Positions 28,710 through 37,216 of a DNA stretch of 64,000 nt are shown here, one piece after another. This DNA comes from an uncultured bacterium. Its GTDB lineage: Bacteria; Actinomycetota; Acidimicrobiia; Spongiisociales; UBA5794. The translations under genes and the position numbers were made by a program. The first letter of the stretch is position 1; every line of letters starts with the position of its first letter. The notes below the pieces were generated by a model, which was not told the DNA's origin, searched no databases, and saw only the letters and a program-made list of their open reading frames with translations. The stretch spans positions 256,001-320,000 of the forward strand of contig CAWDDT010000011.1 in NCBI GenBank assembly GCA_963801165.1, read 5' to 3'.

Positions 28710-29426
28710 ATGACTGCCCGAAATGGAACCGGGACCGTGGTGGTACCGCTCCAGGAACTGCTCGAAGCAATGACCGATGGCGTGCTCATCACCGATGAGA
28801 ATGGACGCTGCACATATTCCAATCCGGCGCTCGACGAGATCGTCGGCGGCCGAGCTTGTGAGCTCGCCCGAACCGAGGATGCGCCGATGTGGATCAGCAA
28901 TCCGCATCGGGTCGAGTACCGCCGATTGATAACACGGGCGCTCAACGGAAGGATCCCGCGCCGCCCCCAGTCTGTGACGTGGGATCTAGTGAGCGTGCGC
29001 GGCGAGACGATCGCGACCAGCACCAAGATCATACCGATGCACAACGGGACCGGGCCGTCTGCGGCTCTGCTGTGGATCATCAGCCCGGCACCGGGTGAGG
29101 TGCGGGTTATCCAGGATCCCCGCCGCCGCGAGCTCGAGGACGCCATGAGGCGTATCTCCGACGAGCTGGGGAGAATCGGGTTGGCCAATGGCAACGCACC
29201 GGCCGAGCCGACGCACAGCCATCCCGACCTCGACCTGCTCTCCCGCCGTGAGCGTGACGTGGTCACCCACCTGCTCCAGGGGCATCGGGTTGTGTCAATC
29301 GCCGAGCTGCTCGACGTGAGCGAGCACACGGTGCGCAACCACCTGAAGTCGATCTTCCGCAAGCTGGGGGTCCACTCGCAGGCCGAGTTGGTCGATCGGC
29401 TGCACAGCATCTCGCTGGCGTCGTAA
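28710..29426 (+). CDS. PAS-domain plus LuxR-type HTH transcriptional regulator
   Basis: PAS segment LEAMTDGVLITDENGRCTYSNPA; LuxR segment LSRRERDV...IAELLDVSEHTVRNHLKSIFRKLGV. Confidence 0.88.
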   Translation: MTARNGTGTVVVPLQELLEAMTDGVLITDENGRCTYSNPALDEIVGGRACELARTEDAPMWISNPHRVEYRRLITRALNGRIPRRPQSVTWDLVSVRGETIATSTKIIPMHNGTGPSAALLWIISPAPGEVRVIQDPRRRELEDAMRRISDELGRIGLANGNAPAEPTHSHPDLDLLSRRERDVVTHLLQGHRVVSIAELLDVSEHTVRNHLKSIFRKLGVHSQAELVDRLHSISLAS

Positions 29427-29535
29427 CAGCGGTCAAGGGCTCGGTCGGGCAATCGCTCGACCGAGACAGCGACCAACGATCGTGGTGCACTAGCCTGCAG
29501 GTCGTGAACGCACGCGTACGACCCACGACAATCTG

Positions 29536-30531
29536 ATGGCGCGCCTGCGGCTCTTCGCCAACCTGCGTGAAGTAGCCGGCACCGGTACCGCCGAGTTCCC
29601 CGGCACAACCGTAGCCGAAGTGCTAGAAGCGGCCACGACCGCCTACGGCGCCGAGTTCGGCCGCAACCTCGCCATCGCCAAGGTCTGGGTGAACGGTGAC
29701 CCTGCCGAGCCCGGACACGCCGTCACCGACCGCGACGAGGTAGCGCTCATCCCGCCCGTGAGCGGCGGAGCGCTCGCAGCCGGTCTCAGCAGTGGCTCCG
29801 GGGCGTTGCTCGTGATCGCGTTGCTGGCGGCACTCGTGATCTCGAACCTGATAACGACCAACAGCGCGCCATTCGTGTTCGTGGTCGTCGGTTCGGCGCT
29901 CGCCTGGCTGTGGGACGTCAGCGATGTGCTGCGACTTCGCTCGATCGCGGTGAATCCGATGCCGCTGATGGTCGGCGCAACCGCGGCCGCCAACGGCGCA
30001 TACACCTGGGGTGCCATTGGGTTCGCCGGAGGTGTCGCCGTCGCCATTGTCTTCGTTCTCGCCTGGTCCGTCCTCGACCCGGCGCAGCGATCGGTGCGAG
30101 CTGTGGCATTGGCGGTTGTGCTCGGCCTGGCGGCATCGCTTGCATCAGGAGCGCTCACCCTCACCCACCTTTACTCGCTGCCAATGGTGTTTGCCGCGCT
30201 GGCCGTCGTTGCGGCAGCGGGTTTCGCCGCCTGGGGTGTTCAGCAATCGGGCGGCGAACTGGGTGCTCTCGACCCGAACCTGGGCATGGTGCTTGGAGCC
30301 GTCATTGCCGGGCTGATCAGTGGCCTCGCCGCAGACACGCTTGATCTGACAACGATGCTGCTGGCATCGGCCGCGGGTGCCGCAGGGCTGATCGCCGGTC
30401 GAGCCCTCGGCTCGCTGGTACGTACCGGTTCGGTCATCCACACCGCCCGCGCTCCCGGATTGCTGACGATGTTTGACGCAGCGATCCTCGGTGTCCCTGC
30501 CTTCTGGGCGGCGATCTGGATCTTCGGCTAG
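29536..30531 (+). CDS. MoaD/ThiS ubiquitin-like domain fused to a polytopic (CdsA-like) membrane domain
   Basis: Residues 1-78 (RLFANLRE...VWVNG...DEVALIPPVSGG) are followed in frame by about 8 hydrophobic helices. Confidence 0.8.
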   Translation: MARLRLFANLREVAGTGTAEFPGTTVAEVLEAATTAYGAEFGRNLAIAKVWVNGDPAEPGHAVTDRDEVALIPPVSGGALAAGLSSGSGALLVIALLAALVISNLITTNSAPFVFVVVGSALAWLWDVSDVLRLRSIAVNPMPLMVGATAAANGAYTWGAIGFAGGVAVAIVFVLAWSVLDPAQRSVRAVALAVVLGLAASLASGALTLTHLYSLPMVFAALAVVAAAGFAAWGVQQSGGELGALDPNLGMVLGAVIAGLISGLAADTLDLTTMLLASAAGAAGLIAGRALGSLVRTGSVIHTARAPGLLTMFDAAILGVPAFWAAIWIFG

Positions 30532-30603
30532 ACGCCGCCTGAGCTTCGCTCAGGTTTGAGTTGGGCCTCGCCCAACTCAGCCACGCACCCAGAGGGGGAG
30601 AGA

Positions 30604-30983
30604 GAATTCATCCTCCCTCTGGGAGGATCGACCGGCCGAAGGCCTGGTCGAGGAGGGCCTTCGCACTCCACACCACCCCCGGCCAACACCCCCGCACTCC
30701 CACAAGGCCCCCATCGCCATCGCTCCGCTCGACACTTCCCCCAAAGGGGGAAGAAAGAAGTTGGCCCGGCATCGCTCGCTCGGCACTCCCCCCAGATTGG
30801 AATTCATCCTCCCTCTGGGAGGATCGACCGGCCGAAGGCCTGGTCGAGGAGGGCCTTCGCACTCCACACCACCCCCGGCCAACACCCCCGCACTCCCACA
30901 AGGCCCCCATCGCCATCGCTCCGCTCGACACTTCCCCCAAAGGGGGAAGAAAGAAGTTGGCCCGGCATCGCTCGCTCGGCACT
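30604..30983. repeat. Tandem duplication of a 184-bp palindrome-rich (REP/BIME-like) unit, period 196 bp
   Basis: 30604-30787 matches 30800-30983. Internal hairpins include cctccctctgggagg, tcgaccggccgaaggcctggtcga and cttcccccaaagggggaag. Confidence 0.9.
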
Positions 30984-31040
30984 TCCCGGAGGGGGAGGTA
31001 GGGCTCAAGGCACAACTATGCTTTGTCGATCATGGGGTCT

Positions 31041-32123
31041 ATGCGACATGTGCGCCGTCTCGTTCCACTCATCGTCATCTCAATACTCGGTCTCATCCCG
31101 GTGACGGCGTCGGCCCAGACCGCGACGATCGACAAGGCCAAAGAGGCCAAGAACACGGCCTACGACCAGTGGCTGGCAGCCCAGCAGCAGGTGGATGATG
31201 CCGTTGCCGTCCTGGAAGACATCGAGGCCCAGCTCTCCGACCTCAACTACCGCATCGACCACATGGAAGGGCGCATCAGCGAGGACGAGGGCACTATCTC
31301 CGACTTGCGTAGAGCGGCACAGGACCTCGTCGTCAACGCCTATATCAACAGCGGGAGCAGCTCGCTGGAATCGGCGCTCGACGCCGCCAACATCCAGGAC
31401 ATCCTGACGGCGCAACACATCATCAACCGCGCTCAGGACAAGGGAATCGCCACCCTCGACCGGCTCGACGCGATCACCCGCGATCTCGCCAGGCAATCGG
31501 CATTGCTCGATACGGACCGCCAGCAGGCTACCGAGCTCGAGCAGCAGCAAGCCCAGGTCGTCGCCAACCTCGATCAGCTCGCCGCCGACGCCCAGGCGCT
31601 CTACGTCGAGGCCAAGAATCAGTATGCGGCCGAGGTTGGAGCATGGGAGGCGGCGGAGCGGGCTCGCAAGATCGCAGAAGCGGCCAGACGGAGCGGCGCC
31701 GCCGCCGGTCTTCCGCCCGGAACAATTCCCGATTTCATCTGCCCGGTCGCCGGCCGGGTCACGTTCCGCAACGACTGGGGTGAGCCACGCTCGGGCGGCC
31801 GTACCCACAAGGGCACCGACATGTTTGCTGCCCGCAACACGCCGGTGGTTGCCGTCGTGGACGGAACGATCCGGTTCAGCAACGGTGGTCTCGGTGGGAT
31901 CGCGGTCTGGGTCAACGGCAAGGGCGCCAGCTTCTACTACGCCCACCTCGACCATCGGGCCGAAGGCCTCACCCCCGGCGCTTATGTCACCCGGGGCACC
32001 GTCATCGGGTACGTCGGCGATTCGGGCAATGCCCTGGGTGGCGCCACCCACCTACATTTCCAGCTTCACCCGGGAAACGGCAGCCCGGTCAACCCCTACC
32101 CAACGCTGGCCGCTGCCTGCTGA
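31041..32123 (+). CDS. M23 peptidase with N-terminal coiled coil (murein hydrolase activator EnvC/CwlO-like)
   Basis: Signal peptide, long coiled coil, and HKGTD, YYAHL, IGYVGDSGNA and HLHF motifs. Confidence 0.92.
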   Translation: MRHVRRLVPLIVISILGLIPVTASAQTATIDKAKEAKNTAYDQWLAAQQQVDDAVAVLEDIEAQLSDLNYRIDHMEGRISEDEGTISDLRRAAQDLVVNAYINSGSSSLESALDAANIQDILTAQHIINRAQDKGIATLDRLDAITRDLARQSALLDTDRQQATELEQQQAQVVANLDQLAADAQALYVEAKNQYAAEVGAWEAAERARKIAEAARRSGAAAGLPPGTIPDFICPVAGRVTFRNDWGEPRSGGRTHKGTDMFAARNTPVVAVVDGTIRFSNGGLGGIAVWVNGKGASFYYAHLDHRAEGLTPGAYVTRGTVIGYVGDSGNALGGATHLHFQLHPGNGSPVNPYPTLAAAC

Positions 32124-32171
32124 GGGCACGAATGAACTGTTAGCCTCCAGCCGAGACGTGGAAAGGCCATC

Positions 32172-32717
32172 GTGAATCAGCATCGTCGCCGCATCGACCA
32201 GGTCCTCGACCCGGAGTACATCGCCGACCTCGAGAACCTGCCCACCGACGACTTGCGTCTTCGGCGCAGTACCTGTGACGACCTGGACGCCGAGCTGTCC
32301 TACTACCGTCGGCTGCTGCATGGGCGTATGGATCTGCTGGCGTTCGAAGTGCGTCGCCGTCGTGGCGAAGAGACCAGAAGTCTGATCGACGCCCTCCCCG
32401 ACATACTCGCCGACGCTTCTCAGAGCGACTCGCCGCACTTCGCGATGCCGAAGAGCCTGCCCGTCGAACCGCCCGACATCCCGATGGAGGGGCGGCGCCC
32501 CATCGATCGGATACTCGAGGACGACTTCCTCACCCACCTGCCCGACATCGATGACGAAGAACTAGAGCAGATCCAGGTGACGCTCACGCGGACCGAGCAA
32601 CTGGTGTCGGAACAGCGTCACAACGTCTACCAGGTGCTCGAGACTCTGACGGGTGAGGTCGCCCGCCGCTATCGCGACGGCATCGTATCGGTCACCCAGA
32701 TTCTCGAGCAGGAGTGA
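32172..32717 (+). CDS. RsiG/AmfC-like c-di-GMP-binding anti-sigma factor homologue
   Basis: RRRIDQVL, ELSYYRRLLHGRMDLL, LIDALPDILAD and EQLVSEQR...EVARRYRDG motifs. Confidence 0.8.
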   Translation: MNQHRRRIDQVLDPEYIADLENLPTDDLRLRRSTCDDLDAELSYYRRLLHGRMDLLAFEVRRRRGEETRSLIDALPDILADASQSDSPHFAMPKSLPVEPPDIPMEGRRPIDRILEDDFLTHLPDIDDEELEQIQVTLTRTEQLVSEQRHNVYQVLETLTGEVARRYRDGIVSVTQILEQE

Positions 32718-33655
32718 GCGCTCCCATACGCCTCGCCACTGTGCGGTCGGGGCAGATCGAGTCCACCCACGACGTATCGGTCGTCATCACCGATACCACG
32801 GGGAGAGTCACCGGACTTTGGGGTGACGACCACGAGTTCTTCTACCGGTCGGCGATCAAGCCGTTTCAAGCGACGGTGAGCCTGGAGGCCGGCGCCCGGC
32901 TGTCCCCTGAGAACACCGCCATCGCCTGCTCCAGCCACGGCGGTTTCCCGATCCACCTTGCCCTCGTCGAAGCCAACCTGGCTGCAGCCGGCCTCACCAC
33001 CGCCGCCCTCCGTTGCCCACCGGCATGGCCCCGCGACGAAGCTGCCAAGGAGCTGGCCATGATTCGGGGACACCACCAACCGACCACGCTGTTCAACAAC
33101 TGCTCGGGAAAACACAGTGGCTGGCTCGCCGCATGTATAGCCCAGGGATGGCCGACCGAGACCTACCTGGATCCGGCGCATCCGATCCAGCAGCGCGTGA
33201 TGGCGCTCGTAGAAGAGATGGCGGAAATCCCCGTACGGCCGGTCGGTATCGACGGGTGCGGAGCTCCGACTCTCCGGGGACGACTCACCGGACTCGCCCG
33301 GGCGTTCGCCCGTCTCAGCGTCGAGCCCCGGCTCTCTGCTGCCGCCACCGCCATGTGGCGATTCCCTGCATTGCTGTCGAGCAATAATCTCAACGAGGGT
33401 CGGTTTGCCGCGTGGTGGGGAGGTCCCGTCAAAGGCGGCGCCGAGGGGCTGATCGCCGCGGGACGCAACGGCATCGGCGTCGCCGCCAAGAGTCACGACG
33501 GTCATGTAGACATCGCACTTGCTGCCATGATGGAGGCAATCGATCGGGTCGGGCTCCTTTCCGATGCGGCCCGTCACGCGCTCAGCGACGTCGCCAGGCC
33601 CCCGGTTCTGGGAGGCGGCCGCCGGGTAGGGGCAATCGAGCCGATCGCCGGGTGA
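32714..33655 (+). CDS. L-asparaginase II (Rhizobium AnsA-type, PF06089)
   Basis: RSAIKPFQA, CSSH, NNCSGKH, DGCGAP and KGGAEG motifs. Confidence 0.9.
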   Translation: MSAPIRLATVRSGQIESTHDVSVVITDTTGRVTGLWGDDHEFFYRSAIKPFQATVSLEAGARLSPENTAIACSSHGGFPIHLALVEANLAAAGLTTAALRCPPAWPRDEAAKELAMIRGHHQPTTLFNNCSGKHSGWLAACIAQGWPTETYLDPAHPIQQRVMALVEEMAEIPVRPVGIDGCGAPTLRGRLTGLARAFARLSVEPRLSAAATAMWRFPALLSSNNLNEGRFAAWWGGPVKGGAEGLIAAGRNGIGVAAKSHDGHVDIALAAMMEAIDRVGLLSDAARHALSDVARPPVLGGGRRVGAIEPIAG

Positions 33656-33665
33656 AACGAGGCTC

Positions 33666-34577
33666 ATGGCTGACAACTGGCTCGCGGACGGTTTCAACTT
33701 GCCTGCCGTCGCGGCGCGGGTGGGGCCGTTTCCCGGACGCGACTGGCTGCAGACCTGGTGGAAGCATCGTGGCGATGGTGAGCTGCTCATCGAAGAGACC
33801 GGCGACAGCCTCCTGACGCTCGTCAGACGAGATCGTCGCATAGAGTTCGCAGGCGAGCCCGACCTCACCGACTACCACTCGCCGCTCGGGTCCCCCGACG
33901 TTCCCGCGCTCCGCCGCCTGGTCCGTGATCTTCCCGGGCAAACCGAGCTGGTGCTCGACAGCCTCCCCGCCGAGGCGACCGACGGCATCATCGCCGTGCT
34001 GCGGGAGAGTGGGCTGCAGCCGACGGTTGAGCAACACCAGGTAGCCGCCGTTCTATCTCTCCCGGGGACGTTCGACGACTATCTAGCGGCCATCGGTAAG
34101 AAGGAAAGGCACGAGCTGCGCCGCAAGCGCCGCCGGTTCGACAGCGAGGTCGGCCCGGGGCGGGTAGAACGGCGCACCGGCATCGCCGCGGTTGCCTTGT
34201 TCGCCGACCTACACCGGCGCTCGTCCGGCGACAAGGGCGAGTTCATGACCGACGAGATAGAGGAATTCTTCCTCGCATTGCACACACATGCCGCAGCAGT
34301 CATCGACGTGCTCGTGGACGGATCGGGCAGACCCGCGTCGGCGATCTTCTCCTTCGAAGACGGCGACGGTTTCTACCTCTACAACAGCGCCTTCGAGCCC
34401 GATCTGATGAGCCTGTCCCCTGGCAACGTGATGCTGGCCCACCTCATCGAGCGCTCGATCAGCGAGGGCAAGAAGGTCTTCGACTTCCTCAAGGGCGACG
34501 AGACGTACAAATTTCGGCTCGGTGCCGAGGCGCGCCCGCTGTACCGGATCACCGCAACGGTAGGACCCCGCGCATGA
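33666..34577 (+). CDS. GNAT family acetyltransferase (CelD/BcsL-like)
   Basis: TDYHSPL, FDDYLA..KKERHELRRKRRR, YLYNSAF, SPGNVM and FDFLKGDETYK motifs. Confidence 0.85.
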   Translation: MADNWLADGFNLPAVAARVGPFPGRDWLQTWWKHRGDGELLIEETGDSLLTLVRRDRRIEFAGEPDLTDYHSPLGSPDVPALRRLVRDLPGQTELVLDSLPAEATDGIIAVLRESGLQPTVEQHQVAAVLSLPGTFDDYLAAIGKKERHELRRKRRRFDSEVGPGRVERRTGIAAVALFADLHRRSSGDKGEFMTDEIEEFFLALHTHAAAVIDVLVDGSGRPASAIFSFEDGDGFYLYNSAFEPDLMSLSPGNVMLAHLIERSISEGKKVFDFLKGDETYKFRLGAEARPLYRITATVGPRA

Positions 34578-35818
34578 TCGAGAGGATTGCCTTCCTGTCC
34601 CTACACAGCTGCCCCCTGCAGCAGCCGGGACAGGGCGACGCAGGCGGCATGAACGTCTATCTGCGAGACCTCGGAATCGCCATGGCGGGCGCCGGTGTCG
34701 ACGTAGTCGCCTTTACCAGGCGCAGCGACACGCCCACCCCCGAAGTCGTTGACGTTGTTCCGGGGTTCCGGGTCGTTCACATCGAGGCCGGGCCTGCCGA
34801 ACCGATGCCGATCCGGGACATGTACCGCCTGGTCGGTGAGTTCGCAGACGAGACGCTCGCCTGGATCGACCAGACGGGCGAGAAGTACGACGTCATTCAC
34901 AGCCATTATTGGCTGTCGGGATGGGCAGGCGTACTCCTCAAGGAGAAGCTGGGCCTCCCCCTGGCCAACTCGTTCCACACCCTGGGACGGGTCAAAGATC
35001 TCACCCGGCGGGCCGACCAGCAAGCCTCGGAGGTCATCCGCACGATGACCGAAGAGGAGGTGATCGCCCGGTCCGATTGCGTCGTTGCCTCGACCCCCTT
35101 CGAGCTCAATGATCTGATCGAGCACTACGGTGCCGACCCGACGCGGTTGTGTATCTCCCCACCCGGGATCCGGCACGACATGTTCATGCCGGGGGACAAG
35201 GAGGCGGCACGCATGTGGACCGGGCTCGACCGTGGTCCCACGATGATGTATGCGGGCCGGATCCAACCCCTGAAAGGCGTCGACATTGCGATCCGGGCGC
35301 TGGCATTGATGACTGTCGACAACACCCAATTCGTAGTGGTTGGTGGGCCGTCCGGGAGCGACGGACAGGCGGAGATGGAGCGGCTGGTCGCCCTTGCGGA
35401 GGATCTCGAGGTCCCCGACCGGATCCACTTCATTCCGCCACTGCCACGCCATCAACTCGTGGACTTCTACCAGGCCGCAGATGTTGTCATCATGCCGTCG
35501 CGATCCGAGACCTTTGGGCTCGTCGCCGCCGAAGCCCAATCCTGCGGGACACCCGTCGTGGCCGCAAACGTCGGCGGGCTGCCCTTCATCGTCGAAGACG
35601 GAAGATCCGGTTTGCTCGTATCCGGCCACAATCCGGCCGACTATGCGAAGGCCCTGGACCGTGTCGTTGGCGACCCTGAGTTCGCCGCCGAGCTGTCGGC
35701 AGGTGCCGTCGAGCACTCCCAGCGCTTCTCCTGGGACACCACCGTCGAGCGTCTCCTCGAGCTCTACGAAGGCATCGCCGCCAACCCGCGCGGGGCCGCG
35801 TCGCAGCCCGGGAAATGA
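34574..35818 (+). CDS. mshA: D-inositol-3-phosphate glycosyltransferase (mycothiol biosynthesis, GT4)
   Basis: HSCPLQQPGQGDAGGMNVY, IHSHYWLSG, GRIQPLKG and SETFGLVAAEAQSCGTPV motifs. Confidence 0.85.
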   Translation: MIERIAFLSLHSCPLQQPGQGDAGGMNVYLRDLGIAMAGAGVDVVAFTRRSDTPTPEVVDVVPGFRVVHIEAGPAEPMPIRDMYRLVGEFADETLAWIDQTGEKYDVIHSHYWLSGWAGVLLKEKLGLPLANSFHTLGRVKDLTRRADQQASEVIRTMTEEEVIARSDCVVASTPFELNDLIEHYGADPTRLCISPPGIRHDMFMPGDKEAARMWTGLDRGPTMMYAGRIQPLKGVDIAIRALALMTVDNTQFVVVGGPSGSDGQAEMERLVALAEDLEVPDRIHFIPPLPRHQLVDFYQAADVVIMPSRSETFGLVAAEAQSCGTPVVAANVGGLPFIVEDGRSGLLVSGHNPADYAKALDRVVGDPEFAAELSAGAVEHSQRFSWDTTVERLLELYEGIAANPRGAASQPGK

Positions 35819-35889
35819 CCCGCCGGACCCGAACGCAGCGGGCGCGGTAAATCGGTGCGAATGGGTCGCGAAAAGAAGTCGTCCCAACT

Positions 35890-35943
35890 TGTGAACACCC
35901 GTTGTGCACAACACCCTGTGGATAGCTGTGGATATGTGGACAG
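35890..35943. promoter_or_regulatory. Cluster of five DnaA-box-like 9-mers
   Basis: tgtgaacac 35890, tgtgcacaa 35903, tgtggatag 35917, tgtggatat 35927 and tgtggacag 35935, compared with the consensus TGTGGA(C/T)AA. Confidence 0.6.
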
Positions 35944-36025
35944 GTCGTCACATTGGCGTCATTTGAGCCCAAATAACGATCAGTTGCCCTCAATAACGCG
36001 AGCCGATTGGTCGTAAACGACAGAC

Positions 36026-36054
36026 TTGAAAACCTCGCTCAGCCGCTTTAGGTT
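36026..36054 (+). promoter_or_regulatory. Sigma-A-type promoter with no downstream ORF
   Basis: TTGAAA (36026-36031), a 17-bp spacer, then TAGGTT (36049-36054). Confidence 0.6.
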
Positions 36055-36060
36055 CGAGGT

Positions 36061-36145
36061 TGCAAAGCCCAAGGTGCTCTGGCATACCGACCTCGTCCGG
36101 GGAAGTGCGGGGGTAAGTCTCGCCGGGGTTCCTTGGGCTCTTGCA
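36061..36145 (+). ncRNA. Candidate ~85-nt hairpin small RNA of unknown family
   Basis: Begins at the predicted +1. The 5' end tgcaaagcccaagg pairs with the 3' end ccttgggctcttgca, the inner gctctggc pairs with gccggggt through G-U pairs, and the apical loop is G-rich. Confidence 0.5.
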
Positions 36146-36254
36146 CATCCCTCTCCCTGAACCTGCGCTCTCCCCGAACCTGCGTACCTCCGCTGCCTTC
36201 TTGCCCGCTGGCCTGATGGCCGCCGATGTATGCACGAGGCGGAGATCGACCCGG

Positions 36255-37160
36255 TCAGACGCCGAAAATCAGCTCGCGCAGTCGCACCCTCGTCGTCTCG
36301 TAGGTGTCCAGGTTGATCCGCATCGAGCCGAGCCGGAGACCACGCATCTGGTCGCCGTACCGCGTTGCCACCCGGACAACACCGTCGTCGTGCTCGAGGG
36401 CACCCAGGCCGAGACAGGCCCCATGGTCATTCTGTACACCCACCAGCATCCCCTCGAGACGGGAGAGGTCGAAGGCCTCCGGGAGCGTGGGGGCAAACAC
36501 AGAGGAATGAACCCGCCATCTGTGCAGGTCGGGCTCGAAGGCATCACGGAATGCGGCAATGAGCCGGTTGCGCTGGTCGAGCGGTCCCACCAGCTCCAAC
36601 CCGGGGGGTGGCTCGGACTTTGCCACCCGGGCGCCCAGGAAACGGCGCAACATGCCGATACCGGGCTCCAGCTCCTCCCCGCGCTGGATGGCGATGATCA
36701 ATGTCGGGTTACACAGCTCGGTGACGTGATACGTGAGCGTCTGACCGACAACGCCCGAGACGATACTGCTGGTGTCCAGAACGATGAAGTCCGCCCCCTG
36801 CCGGGCCTCCTCGATCAGCTTGGTGGTCGCAACGACATGCGGAAGGACAACACCCTGTGGCTGCGTCGACCCGACGAAGCGCATGGAGTCCGGTTGCGAC
36901 AGATCAGCGAGATCGGTGTCCGAGCGTACCCAGCGCAGCCCGACGCAGGCGGGAGCGCCGACGGAAGGGACGGCGACGTCGGCATCGACAAATGCCACCG
37001 ACCTTCCCGCGTGAAGAGCGTCGCGTAGAAGCAGCCTCGCCATAGTGGTCTTGCCGGTGTTGGCCGTCCCCATGACCATCACGACGCCACGCTCGCCGAT
37101 GACCCGCTCCCGCAAGGAGGCGTACGGCTCCGACTGATCCATGCTCCTCCTGTCTGTCAT
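36255..37160 (-). CDS. Clp1/Grc3 family polynucleotide 5'-hydroxyl kinase
   Basis: VMVMGTANTGKTT, AFVDAD, SVGAPACVG, RFVGST.P, IVLDTS, an R-x-x-R lid, and C-terminal GMLVG...CLGLG. Confidence 0.82.
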   Translation of the reverse strand: MTDRRSMDQSEPYASLRERVIGERGVVMVMGTANTGKTTMARLLLRDALHAGRSVAFVDADVAVPSVGAPACVGLRWVRSDTDLADLSQPDSMRFVGSTQPQGVVLPHVVATTKLIEEARQGADFIVLDTSSIVSGVVGQTLTYHVTELCNPTLIIAIQRGEELEPGIGMLRRFLGARVAKSEPPPGLELVGPLDQRNRLIAAFRDAFEPDLHRWRVHSSVFAPTLPEAFDLSRLEGMLVGVQNDHGACLGLGALEHDDGVVRVATRYGDQMRGLRLGSMRINLDTYETTRVRLRELIFGV

Positions 37161-37216
37161 GTACCAGGGTGATTCTATGCCGGGGAGCCACGTGTCTCGT
37201 TCCCAACGGACCGATA

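Noticed and set aside
28620-28710. tRNA-like ggttcga motif
   Set aside because: No acceptor stem or cloverleaf could be formed.
30556-31198. ORFs on both strands across the 196-bp repeat
   Set aside because: They are translations of a non-coding palindromic repeat, with no RBS and no protein-like composition.
35889-35911. Rex operator-like ttgtgaac...tgcacaa
   Set aside because: Half-site spacing is too long for TTGTGAA-N4-TTCACAA; the sequence fits DnaA-like boxes better.
36151-36184. 17-bp tandem duplication ctctccc(t/c)gaacctgcg
   Set aside because: Only two copies; it looks like local slippage with no supportable function.
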